64,000 nucleotides of DNA, taken from the NCBI GenBank assembly GCA_963977015.1, contig CAXBMO010000013.1, forward strand, positions 96,001 through 160,000. Direction: 5' to 3'. The notes beneath the pieces are model-generated. The model saw only the letters and a list, made by a program, of their open reading frames with translations. It was not told where the DNA came from and did not search any database. Shown here in pieces: positions 20,436 through 29,996 of this stretch (the stretch's first letter is position 1; each line of letters opens with the position of its first letter). The translations under genes were made by a program, and so were the position numbers. This DNA comes from an uncultured bacterium. GTDB taxonomy: Bacteria; Verrucomicrobiota; Verrucomicrobiia; Verrucomicrobiales; DEV007.

Positions 20436-21620
20436 TCATACCGAGTATTTCGCGACTCCGCTCTTCTGAAGGAGCCATTTCGCGAGGTATTTTGAACCGA
20501 AATAGATCCGCTTGGCGGCGAGGCGCCCCAGGTTCAGGAGGCCGGCCGGATAGACGGTGTGAGCGCAAACTTGGTAGCTCCGGTCCGTGAATTCTGATTT
20601 GTAACGCTCGTTACCAAGCAGGAAGTCGATCGTGCGGATCCCATCGTGGCGCACCAACCAGTCGATGCGTCGCAGGAGAAGCACGTTGCCGGGACTGATT
20701 TGGCGATACTTCGGGTCGAAGGTGGTGAGAAAACCGTGGTAGGTCCCATTGAGGGTAAAGCCGATGTCGATCGCCATGAGTTCCTCGCCGTTGCGGAGGG
20801 TGGCAAGCCGAAGTCCGCTGTTCGGATCGTGGCTTGCGCTCTGAATTAGAGCCACGAAATCTGGGGCAGCGAGAAGGCTGACGCCGTCTTTCCGAAAGTG
20901 CGCGGCGTGAAAGTGGGCTACTTCTTCAACCAACTCGGGAGCAATTTCGCCGGCACGATGAACCTCAAGCTTGGCGTCTGGATACTCCCGAGCGGTCTTG
21001 TTGAGATGGCGTTTGAAGTTGCCTCGCGTTTTGCGAGGGAGCGATTTCAGAAACGCGTCCAGACTCTCCGGCATTTCGAGAACGGGACAGGCTGAATAGC
21101 ATCGCTGATAGTGAAAAGTCCCGTCTTTCCAGAGATGCAGTCCCCTCATGGCCCCTGCCACCCAGGCCTGTTCCCGAACCTGGCTTAGTTCCAGGTAAGT
21201 CCCGTTCCGCCGGGCCCAATTCAGGATCTCGCGGAGCAGTTCGGCGGCGCTGGCGGAATCGGCTGCGAGAAAATCCTGGTGATCGCCGACACCGTCAGCG
21301 GCGAACCGCAGGCGACGTCCCTTTTGGTAGAGCGGAGCGATGCCAATGGTCTTACCGTCGCGCTGGAGGGAGAAAACCAGCATCTCATCATAAGCGTGGG
21401 CGAAATGTCGATACCAACCGCGATTCCAACTGAAGCTTTGGAAGGGGCCGGAGACGGAGGATTGGGCCAGGGCGTTCCAGGCGGACTGAAGTCGATCGAG
21501 CCCGTTGAGGGAATGGGTCAGTTGAAAGGCTGGGGCCTCTCCGGCAAGGTGGTGCGAACGAGAGGCTGGAGCGACGGCCTCGGAGTTGAGTGGAGCGAGT
21601 TGGGCAATTGAGAGTTCCAT
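20436..21620 (-). CDS. GNAT-family acetyltransferase (CelD/BcsL-like)
   Basis: PFQSFSW, SPGNVLL and DFLLGNERYK motifs. Confidence 0.82.
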   Translation of the reverse strand: MELSIAQLAPLNSEAVAPASRSHHLAGEAPAFQLTHSLNGLDRLQSAWNALAQSSVSGPFQSFSWNRGWYRHFAHAYDEMLVFSLQRDGKTIGIAPLYQKGRRLRFAADGVGDHQDFLAADSASAAELLREILNWARRNGTYLELSQVREQAWVAGAMRGLHLWKDGTFHYQRCYSACPVLEMPESLDAFLKSLPRKTRGNFKRHLNKTAREYPDAKLEVHRAGEIAPELVEEVAHFHAAHFRKDGVSLLAAPDFVALIQSASHDPNSGLRLATLRNGEELMAIDIGFTLNGTYHGFLTTFDPKYRQISPGNVLLLRRIDWLVRHDGIRTIDFLLGNERYKSEFTDRSYQVCAHTVYPAGLLNLGRLAAKRIYFGSKYLAKWLLQKSGVAKYSV

Positions 21621-21762
21621 GTCAAATATGATGGAAATTATAGAAAAGATAATCAGAGCTGAGAAAATTGGCAAGCCTCGAGCTGTTTTTTCTTTCTCAA
21701 CCGGCTCTCCCCTTACTCAATTGCGGGTGGACCTGCACAAACTGCGGGCTTCGTCGGCCCGA

Positions 21763-23232
21763 CTATTTAAAGAATCCCTTCAGCAGGTCGGTTCCCATCT
21801 TGATCGCATCGTCTTTTGCTTTCATGGGATCACTCACCACGCCACGCCCAAAGTCCATCGCCGCGTCAATTCCGGCATCCCGCATTTGGGCAACCAAGTC
21901 ATGGGTTGGTTCGCTGACCGTTCCGGAGACGTTGATATCCGTCCACAGGTAGCCATCGCGGGAATCCACAAATACGGTGCGCTCTGCTCCAGGAATGAGT
22001 CGCAGGGTGCCGGGAACGATTCCGAGTTGAAGCACTCCCGAAAGATCCTTTCCTTCGATATCCAGACTGCCGGACAACTTTGCCAAACCGTCAGATTGAA
22101 GATCAATATTTCGAATTTCGGTCCGACTTCCTTTTCGACTGAACTCGGCCGATCCTCCATCGCGAAGCGCGATTCTCCGAAAGCGGTCGTTTTTCGTGTA
22201 GGTGCCAAGGAGGTCGAGAACCGGTAGAGCTTCGATGACGCCTTTGTCCAGAGTAACGGTTCCCACCTGAATCGCTGATTCCATGTCATTGGGATCGCCT
22301 GTCATGGTGGCCTCAGCTTTCAGGTTTCCCTGGAGTCTGCGCTGCCAGGTATCAGCCACCAAGTCACGAATATCGAGGTCTGTTATATTCGCACGAAGAA
22401 GCATATCACCCTTGGCATCATCGCCGCCCATCTTGATATCACCTTCTACACGGAGTTTGGCATCGGACCCGAAACCGATATCCGCTTTTGATATGTAGAA
22501 CTCGTTCTTCTCCAGATTCCAATTCAGATCGACTTCTTGAATCTTCAATTTTTCAGATCCGGTGCCTTGAATCGTGCCCCCGACGCTTTGAATTCGCAGC
22601 GAATTTTGAGCAGATGTCGGCGTGATGGTGGTTTGAATGCCGGTCGCCTGAAATTTTTCGTCCCCTTTTTCCCAGTAGAGATTCACATTCGAAATCCGCG
22701 TTGTATCGACTTCAATCTCTTTTGGCAACAGCGCCGCCAGCGCATTTGGTTCTCCCTCTTGGGCTGCCATCTCAACTTCCCGGCTTTTCTGATTCGCTTC
22801 GGCATAGGTACCGGGAAGTCGATTTTCGGATAACACGACATCGAGTTGGGAAACCGTGATCTCCGGGATCTTCCAGACTCCTCTCTTGAAATGTTCGGTG
22901 CTGAGGTCCAGCTGGGCGCGAACGCCTGCGACATCCAGTTTCGCGAACCCGGCGTCCTGGTAGCCTCGGGCTGTCAGGCGATCGGTAAATGCCGACGAGT
23001 CTTGCCAGGTGACAGATTCAATTTGGCCTGCCGCTTTGAGATTCTCAGACAACACGTTGGCCAGCATTTCGCGGAATTTATCGCTTCGGACGTAGTTTTT
23101 GGCGGCGGAAAGGGCTCCAAAAACCACGATTACCAACGAGATAATGAAGACAGCCAGTCCAATTCCCGCTCCGGTGAAGAAATTCTTACTGACGTTGGAT
23201 TTGGTGGCGGGGGTCGAACGGCGTCTGCTCAT
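21763..23232 (-). CDS. AsmA-like membrane-anchored beta-rich protein
   Basis: Single N-terminal TM, repeated amphipathic beta strands, C-terminal VSGTVSEP. Confidence 0.6.
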   Translation of the reverse strand: MSRRRSTPATKSNVSKNFFTGAGIGLAVFIISLVIVVFGALSAAKNYVRSDKFREMLANVLSENLKAAGQIESVTWQDSSAFTDRLTARGYQDAGFAKLDVAGVRAQLDLSTEHFKRGVWKIPEITVSQLDVVLSENRLPGTYAEANQKSREVEMAAQEGEPNALAALLPKEIEVDTTRISNVNLYWEKGDEKFQATGIQTTITPTSAQNSLRIQSVGGTIQGTGSEKLKIQEVDLNWNLEKNEFYISKADIGFGSDAKLRVEGDIKMGGDDAKGDMLLRANITDLDIRDLVADTWQRRLQGNLKAEATMTGDPNDMESAIQVGTVTLDKGVIEALPVLDLLGTYTKNDRFRRIALRDGGSAEFSRKGSRTEIRNIDLQSDGLAKLSGSLDIEGKDLSGVLQLGIVPGTLRLIPGAERTVFVDSRDGYLWTDINVSGTVSEPTHDLVAQMRDAGIDAAMDFGRGVVSDPMKAKDDAIKMGTDLLKGFFK

Positions 23233-23314
23233 GTTCTCGAAAGGTTCGGTGGTCCATCATCCTGTCAAAGACTCGAAGGTTTTGCTAGCTCTTTGGCGAA
23301 AAGTTCCCTAAAAA

Positions 23315-25039
23315 TTGCGCACCGTGCTCGAACTCGAAAACATCCATTTTACGATAACGGCCGACGGCGAGGAGCGTCATTTGCTGGAAAAAGTATCGAT
23401 CAAAGTTCCCCGAGGTCACTTTATGGCAATTGTCGGCCCATCAGGTTGCGGAAAGTCGACGCTTTTGAAGACCGTTGCCGGAATCAATCTGGAAAGTGCT
23501 GGCGATATCAAGTGGGATGGAAGAAACCTGTCGGAAGACGGCGATCTGGAGCCCTGGGAGTTTGGTTATGTTCCTCAGTTCAGCATCGCCTACGACGAGC
23601 TTACGGTGGAGGAAAGTATCGACAACGCGATCAAGCTCAAAGTGAAGACTCGGGGGCGTGGCGATATGGAGAAAATCGCGGACCGAATCATTGAGCAGGT
23701 GGGATTGGATGCGATTCGGGATAGTCGGGTTGCCGTCCTTTCCGGAGGTCAAAAACGTCGCCTGGGATTGGCGCTGGAAATGGCGACGAATCCTGACCTG
23801 CTTCTCTGTGACGAGGTAACCAGTGGTCTGGACCCAAAAAGTGAAAACGAGATTGTTCAACTGCTTCACAAGCTCGCCAAAACCGACAATCGAATTGTAA
23901 TTAGCGTAACCCACAGTTTGGGAAACCTTGACCTGTATGATTCTGTTCTGGTTCTTTATGAGGGAAAAGTGGTCTACCACGGCCCTCCTCGGGCGTTGAA
24001 TCACTATTTTGGCGTCGGCGAGGCTGAAGATGTGTATCCTGCGTTGGCAAAACGTGAGTCCGAGGCGTGGCGAATTTCCTGGGAAAAGCACGCGGAAGCC
24101 TATTACCAGACCGTTCCCGGAATGATGGAAGGCCCGGTTATTCGAACCGAGGAGGAGCAGGCAGAGAGAAAGCAAAAGGCCAGAGGCCCTGGGTTTTTTA
24201 GCCAATTGGCGGTGTTGTCAGAGCGTCGCTGGAAGATCTTTTTTCGCGACAGAACCCAACTCTTTTTACAGATGGCGATGTTGGTGATTTTTCCGATTAT
24301 TGTCGTTCTGTTCGCCTTTGATGGTATTCCGGATTTGAAGCGGCCTTCTGATACGCGATCGAATAACCTCGAGGCAGAGATTCGCGAAGAACGGATGATC
24401 ACGGAGAACCGAATGGAGGTGGGTGGTCTTCTTTCCGGGTTGGTCATGTTTCAGGTTGTACTTTTGTCACTCATGGGGTCCAACAACTCGGCCCGGGAAA
24501 TTGCCGGTGAACGCGAAATTTTCGAAAAGGAGAAACTCGGAGGGCTGAAGACGATGAGTTATTTGGGGAGCAAAGTGATGTTCCTCTCAGTTCTCGTCCT
24601 GGTGCAATCGTTGTGGATGTACCTTTTTGTTTCAGTGTTTGCCCAGATACCGAGTTTGGCGATCGCGCATGCCGCGATGCTGGTTCTCGTGAACGCCGGG
24701 ATGACGGCGGTTTGTTTGGGCATTTCCGCGTCCATGAAATCCGCGGACCAGGCATCACTCCTCAGCATTTATCTCGTCGGATTTCAATTGCCCCTTTCCG
24801 GGGCCGTTCTCGCATTGCCCAAAATTCTTGAACCGGTGATCACACCGTTTATTTCCGCCTACTGGAGTTGGTCTGGAATCATCAAGTCTTTGGAAGGACG
24901 GTTTCTAACGGCTGCCGAGCAGGTCACGGAGGCCCATTTGAATGGATTGCCGATCTGCATTTTGGTCCTGGTTGCCCACCTGATGGTCGGGATGGTCATC
25001 GCCCTGATCGGGGCGAGCAAGGCCCGATGGGCGCACTGA
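23315..25039 (+). CDS. Fused ABC ATPase plus ABC-2 permease (NBD-first half transporter)
   Basis: GPSGCGKS, LSGGQ and DEVTSGLD motifs; C-terminal TM helices with EIAGEREIF. Confidence 0.9.
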   Translation: MRTVLELENIHFTITADGEERHLLEKVSIKVPRGHFMAIVGPSGCGKSTLLKTVAGINLESAGDIKWDGRNLSEDGDLEPWEFGYVPQFSIAYDELTVEESIDNAIKLKVKTRGRGDMEKIADRIIEQVGLDAIRDSRVAVLSGGQKRRLGLALEMATNPDLLLCDEVTSGLDPKSENEIVQLLHKLAKTDNRIVISVTHSLGNLDLYDSVLVLYEGKVVYHGPPRALNHYFGVGEAEDVYPALAKRESEAWRISWEKHAEAYYQTVPGMMEGPVIRTEEEQAERKQKARGPGFFSQLAVLSERRWKIFFRDRTQLFLQMAMLVIFPIIVVLFAFDGIPDLKRPSDTRSNNLEAEIREERMITENRMEVGGLLSGLVMFQVVLLSLMGSNNSAREIAGEREIFEKEKLGGLKTMSYLGSKVMFLSVLVLVQSLWMYLFVSVFAQIPSLAIAHAAMLVLVNAGMTAVCLGISASMKSADQASLLSIYLVGFQLPLSGAVLALPKILEPVITPFISAYWSWSGIIKSLEGRFLTAAEQVTEAHLNGLPICILVLVAHLMVGMVIALIGASKARWAH

Positions 25040-25135
25040 CAGGAAATTTAACGTTTTCAAAACAGTTTAGGGAAATATACTCATTGAAAGGGCCTCTCCA
25101 AATCCCCGGACAACAACTTTTGCTACCATAAACAT

Positions 25136-25567
25136 ATGCCTCGTCGAGCCAGTTCAGGAATCAGCACCGGTCAAATCATTGGTCTCGTGGCCGGTGTCGT
25201 CTTCATTCTGGTCATCATGTTTGTGATGGCCTTGGTTCTGATGAAGGGAAACTTTCTGGGCGATGGTGAATCCCGGCCGCCGACAGCCAGCTCCGAGCTG
25301 AATTTGGATGACTACATGAACAACGCCAACTCGATGCGCGGAAACGCCTATCGGGTGACGGGGAAAGTGGAAGAACAGCTCAAGTGGACGCCTTCGCGTG
25401 GACGACTTTACAGTGTCACCGTGACCCAGGGGACTCGTTCTCCCATTCCAATTCTGATTCCCCAGAGTTTCAGCCATGTGAACATCGAGAAAGGCAGCGA
25501 ATTCACTTTCGTCGTTGAGGTTGGCAATGACGGCGTCCTCATCGCTCGTGAAATCAAACAAGGTTAA
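25136..25567 (+). CDS. Membrane-anchored hypothetical protein, possible OB fold
   Basis: N-terminal TM, then YRVTGKVE and other short beta strands. Confidence 0.65.
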   Translation: MPRRASSGISTGQIIGLVAGVVFILVIMFVMALVLMKGNFLGDGESRPPTASSELNLDDYMNNANSMRGNAYRVTGKVEEQLKWTPSRGRLYSVTVTQGTRSPIPILIPQSFSHVNIEKGSEFTFVVEVGNDGVLIAREIKQG

Positions 25568-25583
25568 ACGCAGAAAAACACCC

Positions 25584-27512
25584 ATGAAAACCCGGCTTTA
25601 TCTACTTCATACGGCAATCTTTGCTGCATCCGGCCTGGCGCTCCAGGCCCAAGTTTTCACCCCTCAATCGACCGGCGGAGGCCAACAAGGGGGAGGGAAT
25701 TCCGGCGGACCTCAGAATACCACCACGGTGGTTACAGAGGACAACAGCAATCAAGGGGACCAGAACATCATGGGGAATGTTCTTCCCCTCTTCGATCCTT
25801 CGTCCGAGACGATGATGTTCGAAGGTCAGATGTGGGACATCAACGACAACCGCGTCTTCAACGCGAGATTCGAAAAGTATCTGAATTCACCTCCCGCCAT
25901 GAGCGAGGAAGATATCAAATATCGCGAAACGATTGCCGGCATTCGCGAAGCGCTGTCTCCCCATAATAAGCAGCGAGGCGGGCGTCCTGATATGCAGCGA
26001 GCCGTCGCTTTATTGGAGCAGGCTGCGCGTTTTAAGCAGGATTCGAGAATGTCGGAGTCGCTTGCCAATGCCATCTATCGAGTTTGGTTGGCCCGCAAAA
26101 GCGTGGGAAATCTGGAGAAAGCCAATGAACGCCTCCGCGAGGAACGGAAAGTGGCCGTGCGGAATTCAGAGATTATCGGCGAGGGAAGCAAGCTAAGTGG
26201 CTCAAGCAGCTCCAATGAAGAGGATGAGCAAGCCAAAGCGCAGGCGGGAGACACGGTTTCTCGACTTACGCTGCTGGGTGAAGAAGCGACCCGTTATACC
26301 GAAATTCAGGCCAAAATCACGGCCAACGAAGGGAAAATCGCCATTTCCGATGTGCAAAGCCGGCTCGAATTTCAGTCATTGATCGTCCAGTTCTTTATGC
26401 AGCGCCGTTTTGAGCATGTCATCATCGCCGCTCGGCTCTATACGGAGTTTTACTCAGATGGGGCAGGGAAAATTGATTTCAAGGAAGGGTCGGATGCCGA
26501 GAAAATGTTTAAGGAGACCGCTGGCTTTGATCCTACCGTAACGACGCTCGACACACTGGCAAATGAAGCCATTCAGGATACCAAAGACGCCGTTGAGGCG
26601 TTCAGCTATCTCATTGAGAAAGATGAGCGGGCAAGCGCGAGCAAGCGATTGATGGAGGGGTTTGTGGTCGGTGAGCACCTTCCCCCGATTCAAACGATCT
26701 CATTGGAGAAGAAACAATCGATTCTCACATTCGTAAGAGCCTACAATCAGCTTTTGTCCTCGATCGAGGTCAAGGATTACGAATTGGCGGAAGAGAAAAC
26801 GGACGAATTGCGCCAGTTAGCAGGTGATTTTGATCACTCCAAGCCGATGGCGGCCATCAATATCGCCAAAACCACCAGCAGTATGCATATCCAGACGGCG
26901 GTGAATGCCGCGCTAACTGGGGATAAGGAGACTTTTCAGGAGAACATTGGAGCCGCGGCGCAGATTTGGCCGACCAATCCTGAATTGAAGCGGGCATTTG
27001 ATCAGACGAGTGAGATGAACAATGTCCAGATCCAAACGGTGAATGACCTGGATCGATTGATCGCAACGCGCAGTTTCCGGCAGATATACAACGACCAAGC
27101 CCGCTACATTGGTGCGGTGGGAATGACGAAAGACACGGAGCGTCAGGATGCGCTCAAGCAGATCATTGGGAATATCACCAAGATTGATATTGCCATTCAA
27201 CAGGCTCAAAAGCTGGAGCAGGTCGGGAATGCTTATGGTGCGTGGGAAACCGTGGAAGAGGTGTTCAAGGAGTTTCCAGATGATCCGCCACTGAGTAAGG
27301 CACGTTCAGATTACGCGACCCAAGTCGCCACTTTTGTCAGTGCCCTAAAGAAAGCCGAGGAACTGGAGGAGCGTGATCAACATGGGTCCAGTCTGGCATG
27401 GTTCCTGAAATCCAGACAAATGTATCCGGCCAGTTATTTTGCAGCCCAGGGAATCGGCCGACTCGTTGAAGAAGTTCTTCCCGATTCTACGGGTGGAACC
27501 GGTCTCGAGTAG
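25584..27512 (+). CDS. Exported helical/TPR-like hypothetical protein
   Basis: Signal peptide MKTRLY...LQA, coiled-coil and helical-repeat composition. Confidence 0.7.
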   Translation: MKTRLYLLHTAIFAASGLALQAQVFTPQSTGGGQQGGGNSGGPQNTTTVVTEDNSNQGDQNIMGNVLPLFDPSSETMMFEGQMWDINDNRVFNARFEKYLNSPPAMSEEDIKYRETIAGIREALSPHNKQRGGRPDMQRAVALLEQAARFKQDSRMSESLANAIYRVWLARKSVGNLEKANERLREERKVAVRNSEIIGEGSKLSGSSSSNEEDEQAKAQAGDTVSRLTLLGEEATRYTEIQAKITANEGKIAISDVQSRLEFQSLIVQFFMQRRFEHVIIAARLYTEFYSDGAGKIDFKEGSDAEKMFKETAGFDPTVTTLDTLANEAIQDTKDAVEAFSYLIEKDERASASKRLMEGFVVGEHLPPIQTISLEKKQSILTFVRAYNQLLSSIEVKDYELAEEKTDELRQLAGDFDHSKPMAAINIAKTTSSMHIQTAVNAALTGDKETFQENIGAAAQIWPTNPELKRAFDQTSEMNNVQIQTVNDLDRLIATRSFRQIYNDQARYIGAVGMTKDTERQDALKQIIGNITKIDIAIQQAQKLEQVGNAYGAWETVEEVFKEFPDDPPLSKARSDYATQVATFVSALKKAEELEERDQHGSSLAWFLKSRQMYPASYFAAQGIGRLVEEVLPDSTGGTGLE

Positions 27513-27549
27513 CCCCGGATTCCAACTGGAATCAACCATTTGAGAACCC

Positions 27550-27582
27550 AAAAAAAAGGGAGCCAATATTGGCTCCCTTTTT
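27550..27582. terminator. Bidirectional terminator
   Basis: A-tract, gggagccaatattggctccc palindrome and T-tract between convergent genes. Confidence 0.85.
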
Positions 27583-27610
27583 GGTAAAATGGTAAAATGG
27601 TAGAATGGTT
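27582..27610 (+). repeat. Octamer tandem repeat TGGTA(A/G)AA, about 3.5 copies
   Basis: tggtaaaa tggtaaaa tggtagaa tggtt. Confidence 0.75.
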
Positions 27611-27618
27611 TATCGAGA

Positions 27619-28071
27619 TCAGCCCTTAAAGAAGTAGCGGGTGCTCTTGAGCTTACCGCGCTTGCCGACAACGCCTTCTTCGAGAAGTTCTTTAAGTTTT
27701 TTGGCCGTCGTTTGATAGTGAACGCCAGACTTGTCACTAATCTCTTTCTGGGAAAGGCCATCTGCTCCAGCAGATTTAACCGTTTCGACCGTCCGGTTGG
27801 TAACGTCTTCGCTGCTCATGCGGGTTCTCTTACCGCGCTTCTTTGCAGCAGGTTTGGACTTAACAGTGGTAGGAGCAGCTTTTGGTGCTGCTGAGCGTGT
27901 CCCGCGTGAGGCAGGAACGGATACTCCACCCGCGGAATGAGCCAATGCTTGTTGCTGAGCAGCTTTCAGTTCAGCTTCGAGCAGATTCACACGGCGCTTG
28001 AGTAGGGCCGATAGCTCATTTTCTACGCGAGCGATGTCTTTGTCTAATTGAGCGATATCGCCAGTATTCAT
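27619..28071 (-). CDS. Small basic DNA-binding protein (coiled coil, Ala/Lys/Pro linker, winged HTH)
   Basis: Heptad N-terminus, PKAAPTTVKSKPAAKKRGKR linker, GLSQKEIS...LKELLEEGVV...TRYF. Confidence 0.75.
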   Translation of the reverse strand: MNTGDIAQLDKDIARVENELSALLKRRVNLLEAELKAAQQQALAHSAGGVSVPASRGTRSAAPKAAPTTVKSKPAAKKRGKRTRMSSEDVTNRTVETVKSAGADGLSQKEISDKSGVHYQTTAKKLKELLEEGVVGKRGKLKSTRYFFKG

Positions 28072-28227
28072 ATTAGCGGTTGTTCCTCTAAATAGTCAGC
28101 TATGTCAATATGGTTTTTTATAATTAGAGTAAAACTGAGGGTGTTTACATAATTATCTAGGAATTATCTAAGATAACCTAATCAGAAGAGCCTGTTCACC
28201 TTGCGAAATTTTAGAATGAACGCAAAC

Positions 28228-28241
28228 TGTTCAGTCGAACA
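28228..28241. promoter_or_regulatory. Putative LexA operator (TGTTC-N4-GAACA)
   Basis: TGTTCagtcGAACA within the c...g extended palindrome, intergenic; matches the motif reported for Verrucomicrobia LexA. Confidence 0.6.
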
Positions 28242-28402
28242 GCTTTCCGGGGCAATTTTGAGGTTTACAAATGGAGATTCGGCCTTTAATTCCGCGCACT
28301 CGAGTCCAGACAACTGCCGTTGGTCCTTTGGGGGGAACGAAACAAATGAGTTTCGTTTCACGACTCGCCCAAAAGTAACCCGGCTTTCATCAGAAAATAC
28401 CT

Positions 28403-29482
28403 ATGCCTACTACACTTGCTCGCTTCGAGATGCCGAAGCACCTCGTCAAAGACGATGATACCGCGACCGATACCTACGCTCGCTTCACCGCCGAACCTTT
28501 CGAAGGCGGATACGGTCACACCATTGGAAACTCCCTTCGACGAGTTCTTCTCTCCTCTCTGGAAGGTGCTTCCATCACTTCCGTCCGCATCGCCGGTGCC
28601 CCCCATGAGTTCACTTCGCTTCCCGGCGTCGTTGAAGATGTGACCGAGATCATTCTGAACCTGAAAAAGATCCGGTTTAAGCATTTCGAAAACAAAGATC
28701 CCGCGACGATGACCATTTCGGTCGACAAGCAGGGAGAAGTCACCGCTGCAGACATTCAAGAGGTCCAATATGAGATCATCAACAAAGATCAGGTGATCTG
28801 CACGCTCGACCGCAAGACCAAATTTGAGGCCGATATTGAAGTTCGGGTAGGTCGCGGATTCAATACCAGCGAAGACAACAAATATCCGGAAATGCCAATC
28901 GGTGTTATCGCGATCGATTCCATTTTCTCTCCGGTTCAGCGCGTTCGCTACGGCGTTGAGGCAACCCGTGTTGGTCAGCGCACGGACTACGACAAGCTGG
29001 TTTTGGAGATGTGGACGGATGGTCGTGTTGAGCCTTCCGACGCGTTGCTTCAGGCTTCCGCAATTCTTCGCCATCACTTGGATGTCTTCGTTCACTACGA
29101 TGATGACTTGGTGAGCTTCATTGAAGAAAAAGACATCGATACCGAGGAAAACGCCGAGCTGAAGAAGCTTCTGAACATGAGCGTGAACGAGATCGAGCTG
29201 TCTGTTCGTGCTGCGAACTGCCTCAACAATGCTAATATCACGACCGTCGGCCAGTTGGCGATGAAGAGTGAGGCAGAAATGCTCAAATACCGCAACTTCG
29301 GTAAGAAATCGCTCAACGAGATCAAGGAAAAGCTGGCCGAACTCGGTCTTTCCCTTGGGATGCAGTTCGATCCAGCCCTGTTGGAATCACCCTATCCAAG
29401 TCCGCTTTTGGGTGAGCCCAAGCCTCGCGCAGGCGGCTTGACCGATTTGATTGAAGGAAATCTTGCAAATTACGAAGACTAG
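28403..29482 (+). CDS. rpoA: RNA polymerase alpha subunit
   Basis: EPFEGGYGHTIGNSLRRVLLSS, LSVRAANCL and NFGKKSLNEI motifs. Confidence 0.98.
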   Translation: MPTTLARFEMPKHLVKDDDTATDTYARFTAEPFEGGYGHTIGNSLRRVLLSSLEGASITSVRIAGAPHEFTSLPGVVEDVTEIILNLKKIRFKHFENKDPATMTISVDKQGEVTAADIQEVQYEIINKDQVICTLDRKTKFEADIEVRVGRGFNTSEDNKYPEMPIGVIAIDSIFSPVQRVRYGVEATRVGQRTDYDKLVLEMWTDGRVEPSDALLQASAILRHHLDVFVHYDDDLVSFIEEKDIDTEENAELKKLLNMSVNEIELSVRAANCLNNANITTVGQLAMKSEAEMLKYRNFGKKSLNEIKEKLAELGLSLGMQFDPALLESPYPSPLLGEPKPRAGGLTDLIEGNLANYED

Positions 29483-29528
29483 GCTCGATTGACGCCCCGC
29501 TTAATTTCGATACCGATCACTTACTGTC

Positions 29529-29966
29529 ATGAGACACCGGCGTAAAACTGTTAAACTTCAACGCGATTCTGCCCATCGCCGTTCACTGCTTGCCAACTTG
29601 GCCTGCAGCTTGATCGAGCACGGTCGCATTCGCACCACCTTGGCAAAAGCTAAAGCCCTTAAACCTGTGGCCGATAAGCTTGTGACACTTGGAAAGCGCA
29701 ACGAACTTGCCAAGGAAAAGTCCAAGAATGGTTCTCCAAAGGTGACTCCGCAGACGCTTCATGCTCGTCGCCAGGCTCTCGCGTTTCTGCGTCAGGAGCA
29801 GGCCGTGAAGAAGTTGTTTGAGGATATTGCACCTGCTGCCGCTGGTCGTCAGGGTGGCTATACTCGAGTTGTGAAGCTGGGGCCACGCGCGAGCGATTCG
29901 GCTCCCATGGCTTTTGTCGAGTGGGTGGATTCACCGGTTTCCGCTGGTGATTCCGACGACGATTAA
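29529..29966 (+). CDS. rplQ: 50S ribosomal protein L17
   Basis: MRHR, IRTTLAKAK and GGYTRVVK motifs. Confidence 0.98.
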   Translation: MRHRRKTVKLQRDSAHRRSLLANLACSLIEHGRIRTTLAKAKALKPVADKLVTLGKRNELAKEKSKNGSPKVTPQTLHARRQALAFLRQEQAVKKLFEDIAPAAAGRQGGYTRVVKLGPRASDSAPMAFVEWVDSPVSAGDSDDD

Positions 29967-29996
29967 GCAAGGGGATCATTCCCAATCCTAATTTCG

